Assembly (NCBI GenBank): GCA_965242525.1
Contig: OZ251459.1
Coordinates: 3,168,001-3,232,000, forward strand
DNA from: an uncultured Candidatus Binatia bacterium
Lineage (GTDB): Bacteria > Desulfobacterota > Binatia > UBA9968 > JAJDTQ01
DNA length: 64,000 nucleotides
Direction of reading: 5' to 3'
The first letter of the stretch is position 1; every line of letters begins with the position of its first letter. Below are positions 50,478 to 59,647 of this stretch, one piece after another. Made by a program: the position numbers and the translations under genes. The notes under the pieces were generated by a model. The model had not been told where the DNA came from, made no database searches, and was given only the letters and a program-made list of their open reading frames with translations.

Positions 50478-50726
50478 GCAAGCGCCACGCGGTGTTGCCG
50501 GACGCGGAGATCGACTCGATACCGTTCCGCGGACAGATGGACTAGGTCCAGCAACGCTTTCTCGGGGGCCGCCACGAACGCCTGCTGGCCTTCACCCGGA
50601 TCCAGCTCGTGTCCAGCGCGAAAGCTGGCGCTGGATGTGGGCTGGGTCGCCCGGCCCGGCCAACAGCAACCCCGTTTCGAACACCGGCTCGTCAGCGACG
50701 ATGGACACCAGATCCTGGAATTTCAT
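50478..50726 (-). pseudogene. Internally deleted AbiE (type IV TA) remnant
   Basis: Hand translation: MKFQDLVSIVADEPVFETGLLLAG...RQLSRW, then in another frame AFVAAPEKALLDLVHL. Confidence 0.7.
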
Positions 50727-50763
50727 AGCGTTAACCTGCTAAAAATGGCTGGTTAACGCTATG
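50724..50763. promoter_or_regulatory. 13-bp inverted repeat, putative AbiEi operator
   Basis: CATAGCGTTAACC-N14-GGTTAACGCTATG overlapping the remnant's start codon. Confidence 0.55.
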
Positions 50764-51001
50764 TTCTATCACAGAGGGAGGCAGCCGAAAAATCGGCTTT
50801 CCTGCAAAATTGCCTGCTCACGGACGTTGCGCGAGCCGATAGACCCGCGCCGCGGTACATGGCGTCGCATTCCACCGCCACGCTCGACACGATGCGGTGG
50901 CCGCCGCCCGCGTCGCGCCTGAAGTCGGCCGACAGGTCCGTCCGTGCTCGCGCAGGTCCGCCCGGTTGCCTTGATCGACCCCCCTCCCCCATGAGCGTCG
51001 G

Positions 51002-52276
51002 TCAGGACGGGACGGCGCTGACGGGCAGGGACTTCAGGCCGCGCAGCACGATGTTGTCACGGAACACGGGGCGCTCGGTGAGCAGACGCATGGACGAAAA
51101 CCGTTCCAGCAGTGTTTCGAGCACGATCCGGCCTTCCAGTCGCGCGAGGGGCGCCCCGAGGCAGTAGTGGACGCCGAGACCGAACGAGAGATGGCCGCGG
51201 GTCTCGCGGCCGACGTCGAGTCGGTCCGGGGCCTCGAACTTCTCCGGGTCGCGGTTGGCGGAGCCCATCAGCAGGGTGAGATTCTGGCCCCGGCGCAACG
51301 GAAAGCCGTTCACCTCGCAGTCCTGCCGCACCCCGCGAAAGTCCGTCTGCACCGGCGAGTCGTAACGCAGCAACTCCTCTACTGCGGCGGGGACCATGTC
51401 CGGGTCGGAGCGCAGCCGCTCCAGTTGATCCGGGTGGCGCAGCAGCGCCAGCACGCCGTTGCCGATGAGGTTGGTGGTGGTCTCGTTGCCGGCCGCCAGG
51501 AGCAGGTGCAGCATGGTGAGCATCTCGCGCTCGGAGAGCGTGTCCCCCTGGTCTTCCGCCTGCGCCAGAGCGCTGATGATGTCGTCTCGCGGCTCGGCGC
51601 GGCGGGCCTGGATGATGGGCAGGAAATAGTCGTCCAGGGCCTTGGCGGCGTCCTTGGCGAGGTCGTTGTCCGCGGGGCTGATGATGGGTTCCAGCAGGCG
51701 GGCGCGCCGGTTGGACCAGGTCCGGAACCGGGCGCGGTCCTCCGGCGGCACCCCCAGCATCTCGGCAATGACGATCACGGGCAACGGATTGGCCACCGCA
51801 TCCATGAGGTCGAACCCTGCCGCGGGGTCGTCCACATCGTCCAGCAACGAGTTCAGGAGTCCGCGCACGTGCGGCTCCAGTGCGTTGACGGCCCGTTGGG
51901 TGAACGCCTGGTTCACCAGGCCCCGAAGCCGCGTGTGGTCCGGCGGGTCCAGCACCAGCATGCCGAAGTCGTCCGGGGAGGGCAGGACCATGCCTTGCCA
52001 GGACTGCCAGGCCGAAAATTCGAGGATGCGCGGGTCGCTGGAGAAGTTCTGGTAGTCGCGCAGGATGGCGTCCACGTCGGCATGGCGCGCGAACACCCAC
52101 GAGTGGGTCAACCGGCTGCGATGGATCGGAGCCTGCCGCCGCAGCTTCGCATACTCGGGGTAGGGGTCCTGGAACATCCGCTCCGACAGCGGGTTGTAAG
52201 CCACCCCGCTCTGCCAGCGCTCCCGCATGAGCACGGCGTTGATCACCAGGGATCGGAATGCCTGTCCGAGGGTCAT
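51002..52276 (-). CDS. Cytochrome P450
   Basis: DPPDHTRLR, AGNETT, EELLR, FGLGVHYCLG. Confidence 0.95.
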   Translation of the reverse strand: MTLGQAFRSLVINAVLMRERWQSGVAYNPLSERMFQDPYPEYAKLRRQAPIHRSRLTHSWVFARHADVDAILRDYQNFSSDPRILEFSAWQSWQGMVLPSPDDFGMLVLDPPDHTRLRGLVNQAFTQRAVNALEPHVRGLLNSLLDDVDDPAAGFDLMDAVANPLPVIVIAEMLGVPPEDRARFRTWSNRRARLLEPIISPADNDLAKDAAKALDDYFLPIIQARRAEPRDDIISALAQAEDQGDTLSEREMLTMLHLLLAAGNETTTNLIGNGVLALLRHPDQLERLRSDPDMVPAAVEELLRYDSPVQTDFRGVRQDCEVNGFPLRRGQNLTLLMGSANRDPEKFEAPDRLDVGRETRGHLSFGLGVHYCLGAPLARLEGRIVLETLLERFSSMRLLTERPVFRDNIVLRGLKSLPVSAVPS

Positions 52277-52564
52277 GGTCGTCTCCTGCCCCTCAACGTG
52301 GTCGGTTCCGAACCGGACCCCCTCCCGGAGGCGCCGATGGGACGGAAGCAGTCCCTGATACTCTCACAGGCCGGTCTTCACGGTCAAGGTCGGCGGCGCA
52401 AGATCGGTTGTCCCACGTGGTGGTATGAATCGATCGTCGAACGGGCCGGTTTGGCCCGCGGGTGACGGGTCGATGGGGCTTCTCCCGTCAGGCTCGGAGG
52501 GCAACGGTGACGCGGAGTTGTGGGGGCATGTCGGTCCGTCCGGCTCGGGGTCGTCCCGGGCCGG

Positions 52565-53668
52565 TCAGTCGGGTCGTTCGCGGGTGGCTCTCGTCCATTC
52601 CAAGCGTGCTTTCAGACGGTTCAGGGGCGTGCTCCAGGGTAGATGGCTTTCATGCTGGAGCCTTCCGACGATGATGCCCGGGGCTATCCCCTGTTCCCTG
52701 GCGAATCGGCGAACGGAGTCCGGATTGCGGATATCCGTAGCAAGAAACCGTTTCCACCGTGCGCGGGGAACGAGAAAATCACGCGCCCACCTGTCGGCTT
52801 CCAACTCCGGCTGTGAGTCTTCACCTTTCGCGTCCGTCTCGACGAAAACGGTCTTCTTGCTGTGCAGCAGAACGTGAGCCGCCTCGTGGAACAGGCTGAA
52901 CCACAGGTGGTCGTCCCTCTTGTGGCGTGCGGTCAACGCGACCACGGCCTTCCGCGGCGTCAGCCACCAGGCGGCTCCACTGAGAGCGGTCCGAGGTAGA
53001 GGTTCGATGAGCGCCAGCACGACGCCGGCCTCGTTGCAGAGGTTCCGCGCCGTTGCCAAGGCTTCCGGCACGGGCGTTCGTGTAAGGGAGCGGATTTCCG
53101 TCAGCGCCCTCTTGAACCGGGGTGCGTGGTAATCGACGCATCCCTGCCGTTCGGCCTCGATTTCTCCGAGACGGAGCCACGTTGCCAGCGCTGCCTCGTT
53201 ACTCTTGAAGCTGGGCGAATGGCGGTACGCGACCGGCATGGCGTCGTACTTCATGCGCCACGCTTCCACGGACCCGACCCCGAAGAAAGCCAGTAGCTCG
53301 GACAGGGTCTCGGACTCGGACAGGGATTTTCTCATCCATCCGCGCTTCACCAGTTCCTTGAGAGGAAAGGACCGCGCCCAGAGGGTTTCTCGCGTCCGGG
53401 ATTCGCGCGCCCGATGAAGCTGGTAACCGGCGTCGATGCCGAGCCAGATGCTGGCATCGACGCCCAGGACGCGCTCGAATTGCAGCGCCGTTTCCGGCTC
53501 CACCGTCGCCTTTCCCGTCATGATCTCGCTGATGAGCTTTGCGGAACGACCGCAGCGCCGGGCGAGTTCCGCCTGCGACATCCCGCGTGCCTCGAGATGC
53601 TCCTCCAGGACCGCTCCGGGCGGGACGGCGTAGTCCGGTCGGTATGGATGAGTCGTCTCCGTGTCCAT
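52565..53668 (-). CDS. higA: HigA-type XRE antitoxin fused to an ImmA/IrrE metallopeptidase domain
   Basis: VPPGAVLEEHL...MSQAELA HTH; WFSLFHEAAH and ELEADRWA. Confidence 0.88.
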   Translation of the reverse strand: MDTETTHPYRPDYAVPPGAVLEEHLEARGMSQAELARRCGRSAKLISEIMTGKATVEPETALQFERVLGVDASIWLGIDAGYQLHRARESRTRETLWARSFPLKELVKRGWMRKSLSESETLSELLAFFGVGSVEAWRMKYDAMPVAYRHSPSFKSNEAALATWLRLGEIEAERQGCVDYHAPRFKRALTEIRSLTRTPVPEALATARNLCNEAGVVLALIEPLPRTALSGAAWWLTPRKAVVALTARHKRDDHLWFSLFHEAAHVLLHSKKTVFVETDAKGEDSQPELEADRWARDFLVPRARWKRFLATDIRNPDSVRRFAREQGIAPGIIVGRLQHESHLPWSTPLNRLKARLEWTRATRERPD

Positions 53669-53682
53669 GTCGTTACCCTCCC

Positions 53683-54018
53683 TCAGTGATAATCCACTAT
53701 TTCGACGATGGTGATGGCAGTCACCTGTCCCGTGTCGATTCCGCCGTCCGCGTCACGCGGAACGGGTTCGCAGGCGGGTTCGAAAACCAGCCGGCAGGGA
53801 TGCACGAGATCGACGGCGTATCGTCCCTTCCGGTCACTCTTCAGCAAGTGACATCGTTCCGGCTTGCTCCTCGGCGCCAGCGCCAGCGTTCGGGCATTCT
53901 CGAGGACTGCCAGGCGATTCATGATCGCCTGAGCCATGCGGTCGCCGTACGCCCTCCGGAGCGCGCTGGCGGAGTTGAACGCTTTTGCGAGCTTTCCGGT
54001 TCGGAAGACGATTTCCAT
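53683..54018 (-). CDS. higB: HigB/RelE-family toxin (killer protein)
   Basis: MEIVFRTGKL, ERCHLLK, YAVDL, RLVF, IVDYH C-terminus. Confidence 0.85.
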   Translation of the reverse strand: MEIVFRTGKLAKAFNSASALRRAYGDRMAQAIMNRLAVLENARTLALAPRSKPERCHLLKSDRKGRYAVDLVHPCRLVFEPACEPVPRDADGGIDTGQVTAITIVEIVDYH

Positions 54019-54034
54019 ACGGGCTTTGGATTTG

Positions 54035-54051
54035 GTTACCTATCAGGTAAC
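54035..54051. promoter_or_regulatory. Palindromic operator upstream of higB
   Basis: GTTACCT-ATC-AGGTAAC. Confidence 0.5.
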
Positions 54052-54226
54052 AATTTACCAGGCTATCGGCAAGATGCAAACGGAGCAGATCGAGGTCTCG
54101 GCAAGAGGATCCGAGGGCGAGCGGGTCGAGCCGCGGCGCCTGCCGACCCCGGCGTCGGACGGTCGGACCAATTCGGAGTATATTCCGAACCGGCTCGACC
54201 GAATCGGAACAGAGTACGGGTTGGCA

Positions 54227-54310
54227 ATGTACGCTCGCACGCTCGGCATCGATCTACCGCGCGGACAATCGGCGTTCCTGTGGGGGGGCTCGCAAGACGG
54301 GCAAATCGAT
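54227..54310 (+). pseudogene. 5' remnant of an AAA (AAA_14/DUF4143-like) ATPase gene
   Basis: MYARTLGIDLPRGQSAFLWG, then after a slip in a G7 run ARKTGKS (Walker A); cut off just before a repeat copy. Confidence 0.6.
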
Positions 54311-54324
54311 CCCGGCGGGAGAGG

Positions 54325-54424
54325 GCGTCCTTCGACTCCGCTTCGCTACGCTCAGGACGAACGGGGACAGGAAGGCCACGTGAGGGAATACCCCCGTCCA
54401 CGGCTCGATCGTCCAGGGTTTCCC
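54325..54424 (-). repeat. Repeat family A, copy 9
   Basis: Reverse core plus terminal CGATCGTCCAGGGTTTCCC. Confidence 0.85.
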
Positions 54425-55749
54425 TACGTCAGCCATGTGTTCACGCCGGTCAGGACCAGCGTGGACGCCACTGCGAACAGGACTGCGAACCGGAGGTTCG
54501 GCCCCAGGATGACGTTTGCCACGGAGACGCGGAACAGCGCGGTGGCGGTGGCCACCATGATGGCCGAGAGGCCGATCATGGACGAGCAGGCCCAGGCCAC
54601 GAGGACGCTCTCCATCAGCACCACGTCCGCCACATGGGTCGATAGCTCGGTGAACACCGTCAGCAGGAAGGTCACCGATACGATCTGGTGGACGCCCACG
54701 AGGGCTCCCAGCGTCGTGACCCCGACCATGAGGCCGATGACGGTGACGGACGGGAGGTCGAAGGCGCGGCTCCAGTCGAGGAACCCGGTGGTCATGAAGA
54801 CGTGCCGGACGACTCCCCCCAGGGCCAGCGACACGGTGAGGATGGCGATCTCGTTGCCGATGTGGGCCGTGCCTCGATACGTCTTGTCCAGCGTGGTCCG
54901 CAGCGCCGGCCACCCCTTCCCGGCCAGGACCAGGAAGCACAACGTGGGCACGCTCACGACCAATGCCTCCTGGGTGGACAGCTCGGTGAGGCCGGAAAGG
55001 ACCGCCACCATCAGGACGCAGAGGGCCACCGGCGGGACCATGGGCTGGAGGCTGCGGAGCGCGCGCCAGAGTCGGGCCATGCCCGCGTCCTGCGAGTACA
55101 TGAGGTGGGAGGCCGCCAGCGCGCCCGCGCCCAGGGACATCCCCAGCGCCATGACCTGCCACAGGGGAACCCCCGGGACGTACTGCGACGCCAGGGCCAT
55201 GGCGATCCAGAACGGCGACCACAGGCCCCCGAGGCTCCCGCCCCGATGGCAGGCCCGTATGGCCGCCAGGTACTCTTCCTTCGCCTTGCTCTCGCCGATG
55301 ATGGGCGCGGTGATGGCGTAGGCGCCGGGTCCCAGCACGACCGCCAGCAGGTGGCTGCCCACCAGGAAGCCGCCCAACCGGTGGTCCGGTTCGAGCCGCT
55401 CGAAGAGGGCGCGCGCGTTGACGACCTGCCGGAGCTGGTCTGCGGTTGCCCGCAAGAGGACGATGGCGCCGAAGAACCCGGCGAACATGGGCGCGGACCG
55501 GAAGCCCATGAGGACGGACGGAAGCCCCCCGTGGAGAAGGATGAGCAGGGCGGCCAGGGCGGTGAGGGAGCCGCAGAGGATGAGGGTGGGCCGGCGCAGG
55601 TGGACGAACACGCGCAGCAGGTACAACATCGCAACCACGACGCCCGCCTGCTCCAGGAGGTCGGAAGGCCATGTCTGCCTGACGAGCTGAACCGCCCAGA
55701 GCAGCAGCACCAGCGACTCGGGCCGCGTAAGCTGTCTTGCGAGCCCCAT
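54424..55749 (-). CDS. Multi-pass membrane protein, putative transporter
   Basis: Many hydrophobic segments; RGGSLGGLWSPFW motif. Confidence 0.75.
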   Translation of the reverse strand: MGLARQLTRPESLVLLLWAVQLVRQTWPSDLLEQAGVVVAMLYLLRVFVHLRRPTLILCGSLTALAALLILLHGGLPSVLMGFRSAPMFAGFFGAIVLLRATADQLRQVVNARALFERLEPDHRLGGFLVGSHLLAVVLGPGAYAITAPIIGESKAKEEYLAAIRACHRGGSLGGLWSPFWIAMALASQYVPGVPLWQVMALGMSLGAGALAASHLMYSQDAGMARLWRALRSLQPMVPPVALCVLMVAVLSGLTELSTQEALVVSVPTLCFLVLAGKGWPALRTTLDKTYRGTAHIGNEIAILTVSLALGGVVRHVFMTTGFLDWSRAFDLPSVTVIGLMVGVTTLGALVGVHQIVSVTFLLTVFTELSTHVADVVLMESVLVAWACSSMIGLSAIMVATATALFRVSVANVILGPNLRFAVLFAVASTLVLTGVNTWLT

Positions 55750-55844
55750 GCTTGTAGAACCCGGTCGGAATACGGCGCGTCGGGCCGATCTTCCGGCGCA
55801 GGTCCGCGGCGGCGCGAGACGGTTCGGCTCGAGAGCCGCTCCTG

Positions 55845-56312
55845 TTACCTTCCCTCGCGCTCGTGCAGGTTGGCGTGCTCCCTCGGTGTGGTGGGGCGCG
55901 TGTCCTTGCCGCGGCCCCTGGTGAACCGGAGCGTGCCCACGAACTTGACGTTGGCGCAGGAGTCGGCGCCGCCGGTGGCGCAGCCCTCGTCGGCGGGTAT
56001 CAGGAAGCGCAGCGGACCGCCCTTGTCCCTGGGCAGGGGCGCGTCGCCCATGCGGTAGGCGATGACCGCGTTGCGCAGCGCTTCCAGGGGCACGCTGGCG
56101 GCGAACCCGCCGTCGGTGGACTCCACGGTGAGATGGTCGAGGTCCGGGCTCGGCTCCACCCGATGGACGATGGCCCGGAGCGTCACCGCGCCGCCCACGC
56201 GACCCGGGACCAACGCGCCCACGTCCTCGATCTGACCGTCCAACGCCGCGAGTTGCCCGAAATCGAGATCCTGCGGCGGCTTCCCTTCCTGTTCGATGCG
56301 AAGGCCGCTCAT
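55845..56312 (-). CDS. Stand-alone molybdopterin-oxidoreductase (sulfite-oxidase-type) domain protein
   Basis: STDGGFAASVPL, PLPRDKGGPLRFLIP, ANVKFV; GGAGG RBS. Confidence 0.75.
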   Translation of the reverse strand: MSGLRIEQEGKPPQDLDFGQLAALDGQIEDVGALVPGRVGGAVTLRAIVHRVEPSPDLDHLTVESTDGGFAASVPLEALRNAVIAYRMGDAPLPRDKGGPLRFLIPADEGCATGGADSCANVKFVGTLRFTRGRGKDTRPTTPREHANLHEREGR

Positions 56313-56384
56313 GGTCCGCCTCCTGTGGGTGAACCGCCGACCGCTGCAGGGCGGCGGCTCCCGTCGCCCTGCAAAGTCGCGGAG

Positions 56385-56816
56385 TTACCCCGGCATGCCG
56401 GTGCAGGGAGGGCACACGCCGTACAACACCACCTGGTGGTCTTCAAGGCGGAAGCCCTTGGGCGCCAAGTTCCCGAGACCGGGGGGGCAGCCCTGGATCT
56501 CGAACACGTCGTCGCACTCCCGACAGCGGAAATGGTGGTGGTGCTCCTTCCCCGACGCCTCGTAGCGAGGCGCTTCCCCGGGCATTTCCACGAGCACGAG
56601 CCGACCCTCCTCCACCATCCTGTGGACGGTGCGATAGACGGTGGCGATGCCCAGGCCCGGGGCCTTCGCCTGTGCGGCTTCGAGTATCTCCTGGGTGCCC
56701 AGCGGCCGGTTCGCTTCGAGCAGCACCCGCTGGATGACGCTGCGCTGCCGCGTGCGCCGGGAGCGGGGGCGATCCCGGGAAGACGTGTCGTCGGAAGGGG
56801 CCTTTCCGTCGGTCAT
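56385..56816 (-). CDS. Fur-family metal-responsive regulator (Zur/Nur-like)
   Basis: TRQRSVI, IATVYR, HHHHFRCREC, YGVCPPC. Confidence 0.92.
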   Translation of the reverse strand: MTDGKAPSDDTSSRDRPRSRRTRQRSVIQRVLLEANRPLGTQEILEAAQAKAPGLGIATVYRTVHRMVEEGRLVLVEMPGEAPRYEASGKEHHHHFRCRECDDVFEIQGCPPGLGNLAPKGFRLEDHQVVLYGVCPPCTGMPG

Positions 56817-57133
56817 TCGGGTCCTCCGGTCCTGCCGTGGCAGTCCAGCGTGCGGTTGGCCATCCCTGTCCCAGCCACGGATGAGAGTATACACCACCGC
56901 CCCTCGAACATGCAAAGCGAGGCCGCTGCGGAAGCCCGAGTGGTGTCGTGCGCGCACCCGGCTTGGCGAGCGGACGGAGGAGGCGACGGCGCCATCGACG
57001 CGAAGCGTCGTGCCATACATGATAAACGATATTCGTCTATCGTCAATCCCTGCCGTGCCGGGACCCATGGAGGCTCCAACCCTGCACAGACAAAGGGTTG
57101 AGGGACATGGGCCAGGAAAGTTTCCGGGACCGC

Positions 57134-57162
57134 TTGACTAATTGATAATTCTTTCTTATTAA
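57134..57162 (+). promoter_or_regulatory. Promoter with overlapping Fur-family box upstream of the metal uptake operon
   Basis: TTGACT followed by AT-rich AATTGATAATTCTTTCTTATT; divergent Fur-family gene nearby. Confidence 0.55.
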
Positions 57163-57197
57163 GGGCGGCAAGATTCCCCCTCGGTGAAGGAGGCTCT

Positions 57198-58649
57198 ATG
57201 AGAAGGTCTTTGGCAATGCCCGGATTCATCCTGGGCTGCGTGGCATGGGTGATGTCCGGCGCGGCCCCGGGAATTGCGGGCGCGGACGAGTCGGTGGACG
57301 CCCTCAAACGGCAATTGACGGAGATGCAGGAGAACATGGATGAACTGAAGGAGCGCATCCATCGACTAGAGGAAGAGGAGGAAACCGAATCCCAGCGGGT
57401 GACGCGGGTCGAGGATTCGGTGAAGGCGATCCAGAAGAGTCCGTCGATCGTGAACCCCTCCATCGGCATGGTCATCGACACCAGTTTCGATCGTCGAGGC
57501 GAGGACAAGGGGTCGTTCCATTTGCGGAGCGCGGAACTCGGTATCGCCGCGGAGGTGGACCCCTATGCCCGGGCCCATGCCTTCATCGTGGCTACGGACG
57601 ACGGTATCGAGCTGGAGGAGGCGGCCGTCACCACCACCTCCCTGCCCTACAACCTCACCGGTCAGGCGGGCCGGTTCTTCGCCGCCTTCGGGCGCTTGGC
57701 CCAGTTCCACCAGCACGAGCTCCCGTTCGTGAACACGCCGCTTTCCATCAACCGCATGGTAGGCGGCGAGGCTCTGGCCACCGGAACCCAGTGGACCTGG
57801 CTCCTCCCGACGCCGTTCTATCTCGCCCTCACCGGCGGGGTCTATAACGACATCGGCCATACCCACGGCCACGGCCATGCCGAGGGAGGGGAGGACGAGC
57901 ACGAGGGAGAGGGAGGCGAGCACGAAGGCGAGCATGAAGGTGAACACGAAGGCGAACACGAGGGAGAGGAAGGCGAGCACGAAGAAGGGCATGACGAAGA
58001 AGAAGGCGAAGACCACGACCACGATGAGGAGGGTGAAGATCCCGGCCACGAGGAGACGGGGCATGACCATGGAGGGGAAGGGGGCGGCGTCCGTTTCCTG
58101 AGCGAACTCACCTACCTGGCGCGGCTGCACACCTTCTTCGACTTGACCGATACCTTCAACCTCGAATTGGGCTCCTCGCTGGCTTATACGCCGCGGATGG
58201 ACGTCGACGAAGATTCGACGGATGACCGATCCCGGTTCGGCCTGGACCTCACGTTCCGGCACCGGCCCCTGACCGCGGACCTCTACGAGGGGTTCACTCT
58301 GGCCGGCGAGCTGTTCGGCAACGACCAGCGCTTCCATGACGTGGGACGACAGAAAGCCTGGGGCGGCTACGCCTACGCGCAGCTCGATTTCAATCCCGAG
58401 ATCCTGGGACGCTGGAACCTCGGTCTGTTGCTGGACGTGGCGCCGGACCTGGAGAAACCCGCGGCCAAGACCCGGAGCCTGTCTCCCTACATCTCGTGGT
58501 GGCCCAGCGAGTTCCATCGACTGCGCCTGCAGTACACCTACGGCTGGGACAAAGTGATGGAGACGCCTGACCACGAGGGCAGTCAGATCTATCTTCAGTG
58601 GACCGCGGTCCTGGGCAGCCACTCCCACGGTTTCCGCGAGCGGCAATGA
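57198..58649 (+). CDS. Outer-membrane beta-barrel of a metal uptake operon with a His/Glu-rich insert
   Basis: Signal peptide, coiled coil, NPSIG, ELG..VDPY, LEEA, SEFHRLRLQY, C-terminal GSHSHGF. Confidence 0.8.
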   Translation: MRRSLAMPGFILGCVAWVMSGAAPGIAGADESVDALKRQLTEMQENMDELKERIHRLEEEEETESQRVTRVEDSVKAIQKSPSIVNPSIGMVIDTSFDRRGEDKGSFHLRSAELGIAAEVDPYARAHAFIVATDDGIELEEAAVTTTSLPYNLTGQAGRFFAAFGRLAQFHQHELPFVNTPLSINRMVGGEALATGTQWTWLLPTPFYLALTGGVYNDIGHTHGHGHAEGGEDEHEGEGGEHEGEHEGEHEGEHEGEEGEHEEGHDEEEGEDHDHDEEGEDPGHEETGHDHGGEGGGVRFLSELTYLARLHTFFDLTDTFNLELGSSLAYTPRMDVDEDSTDDRSRFGLDLTFRHRPLTADLYEGFTLAGELFGNDQRFHDVGRQKAWGGYAYAQLDFNPEILGRWNLGLLLDVAPDLEKPAAKTRSLSPYISWWPSEFHRLRLQYTYGWDKVMETPDHEGSQIYLQWTAVLGSHSHGFRERQ

Positions 58650-58714
58650 AGTCCCGGGGCGCGTGGAGGAGCGGACCGGCTTTCGGCCGCGTCCGGAAGA
58701 AAGGAGTCGTGTTC

Positions 58715-59647
58715 ATGAAACGCTTGTCGAAACGGGGATCGGGTGCGGTGGTCGTCCTGTCGTTCCTGCTCACCTTCGGGGGCTCGGCGTTGGCGGAGAA
58801 GATCCGGGTGGTCGCCACCATTCCGGATCTGGCCGACGTCACGCGCCGGATCGGCGGGGACCGCGTGTCGGTCACGAGCCTGACCCGGGGCGTCCGCAAC
58901 ATCCACGCGGTGCAGGTCAAGCCGAGCATGGTGGCGCAGCTCAACCGTGCGGACGTGGTGGTGCTCATGGGGTTCTACCTGGAGCACTCGTTCCTGCCGG
59001 CCTTGCTCGACGTGGCCAGCAATCCGCGCATCTCTCCGCGGGGCATCGGCTACATCGACACTTCCCGCGGCATCGAGCCCATCGAGGCCCCGGAGACGCT
59101 CTCGCGCCGGGGAGGCGACGTCCACCCCATGGGCAATCCCCACTACAACCTGGATCCGGTCATGGGCCGGCGCATGGCCCGGAACGTCGCCGAGGGCCTT
59201 TCGAAAGCCTACGGCGAGCACCGTGCATTCTTCATGGAGAACCTCGACTCCTACCTGGCGGAGTTGGACCGCCTCATACCCCGGTGGCGGGCCAAGGCCC
59301 GGAGGCTCGACGGCGTCTCGTTCGTGAGCTACCACAAGAACTGGGGTTACTTCGCCCGACGTTACGGGATGCGGCAGTTCGACACCCTGGAGCCGGCCCC
59401 CGGGATCGGGCCGACGCCGGCCCACCTAGTGCAGTTGATCCAGCGGATGAAGGCCGCGAAGGTGCCGCTTGTGGTGTACGGCGCCTATCCCGCCCGCGTG
59501 CCGAAACGGGTGGCCCGGGAGACCGGGGCGACACTGGTCCAGGCGCCGCTGTACGTGGGCGGCCAGCCCGGCGTGGATACCTACGTCGGGTTGATCGACC
59601 ACCTCGTCACGAAGCTTTCCGAGTCGGTGGCCCCGGGAGGGTCATGA
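58715..59647 (+). CDS. Metal ABC transporter substrate-binding protein (ZnuA/TroA family)
   Basis: KIRVVATIPDL, NIHAV, GDVHPMGNPHY, YHKNW, EPAPGIGPT. Confidence 0.9.
   Translation: MKRLSKRGSGAVVVLSFLLTFGGSALAEKIRVVATIPDLADVTRRIGGDRVSVTSLTRGVRNIHAVQVKPSMVAQLNRADVVVLMGFYLEHSFLPALLDVASNPRISPRGIGYIDTSRGIEPIEAPETLSRRGGDVHPMGNPHYNLDPVMGRRMARNVAEGLSKAYGEHRAFFMENLDSYLAELDRLIPRWRAKARRLDGVSFVSYHKNWGYFARRYGMRQFDTLEPAPGIGPTPAHLVQLIQRMKAAKVPLVVYGAYPARVPKRVARETGATLVQAPLYVGGQPGVDTYVGLIDHLVTKLSESVAPGGS

Noticed and set aside
56820-57130. Possible riboswitch or ncRNA in the fur-uptake intergenic region
   Set aside because: No recognisable conserved aptamer motif by eye; an Rfam/Infernal scan would be needed.
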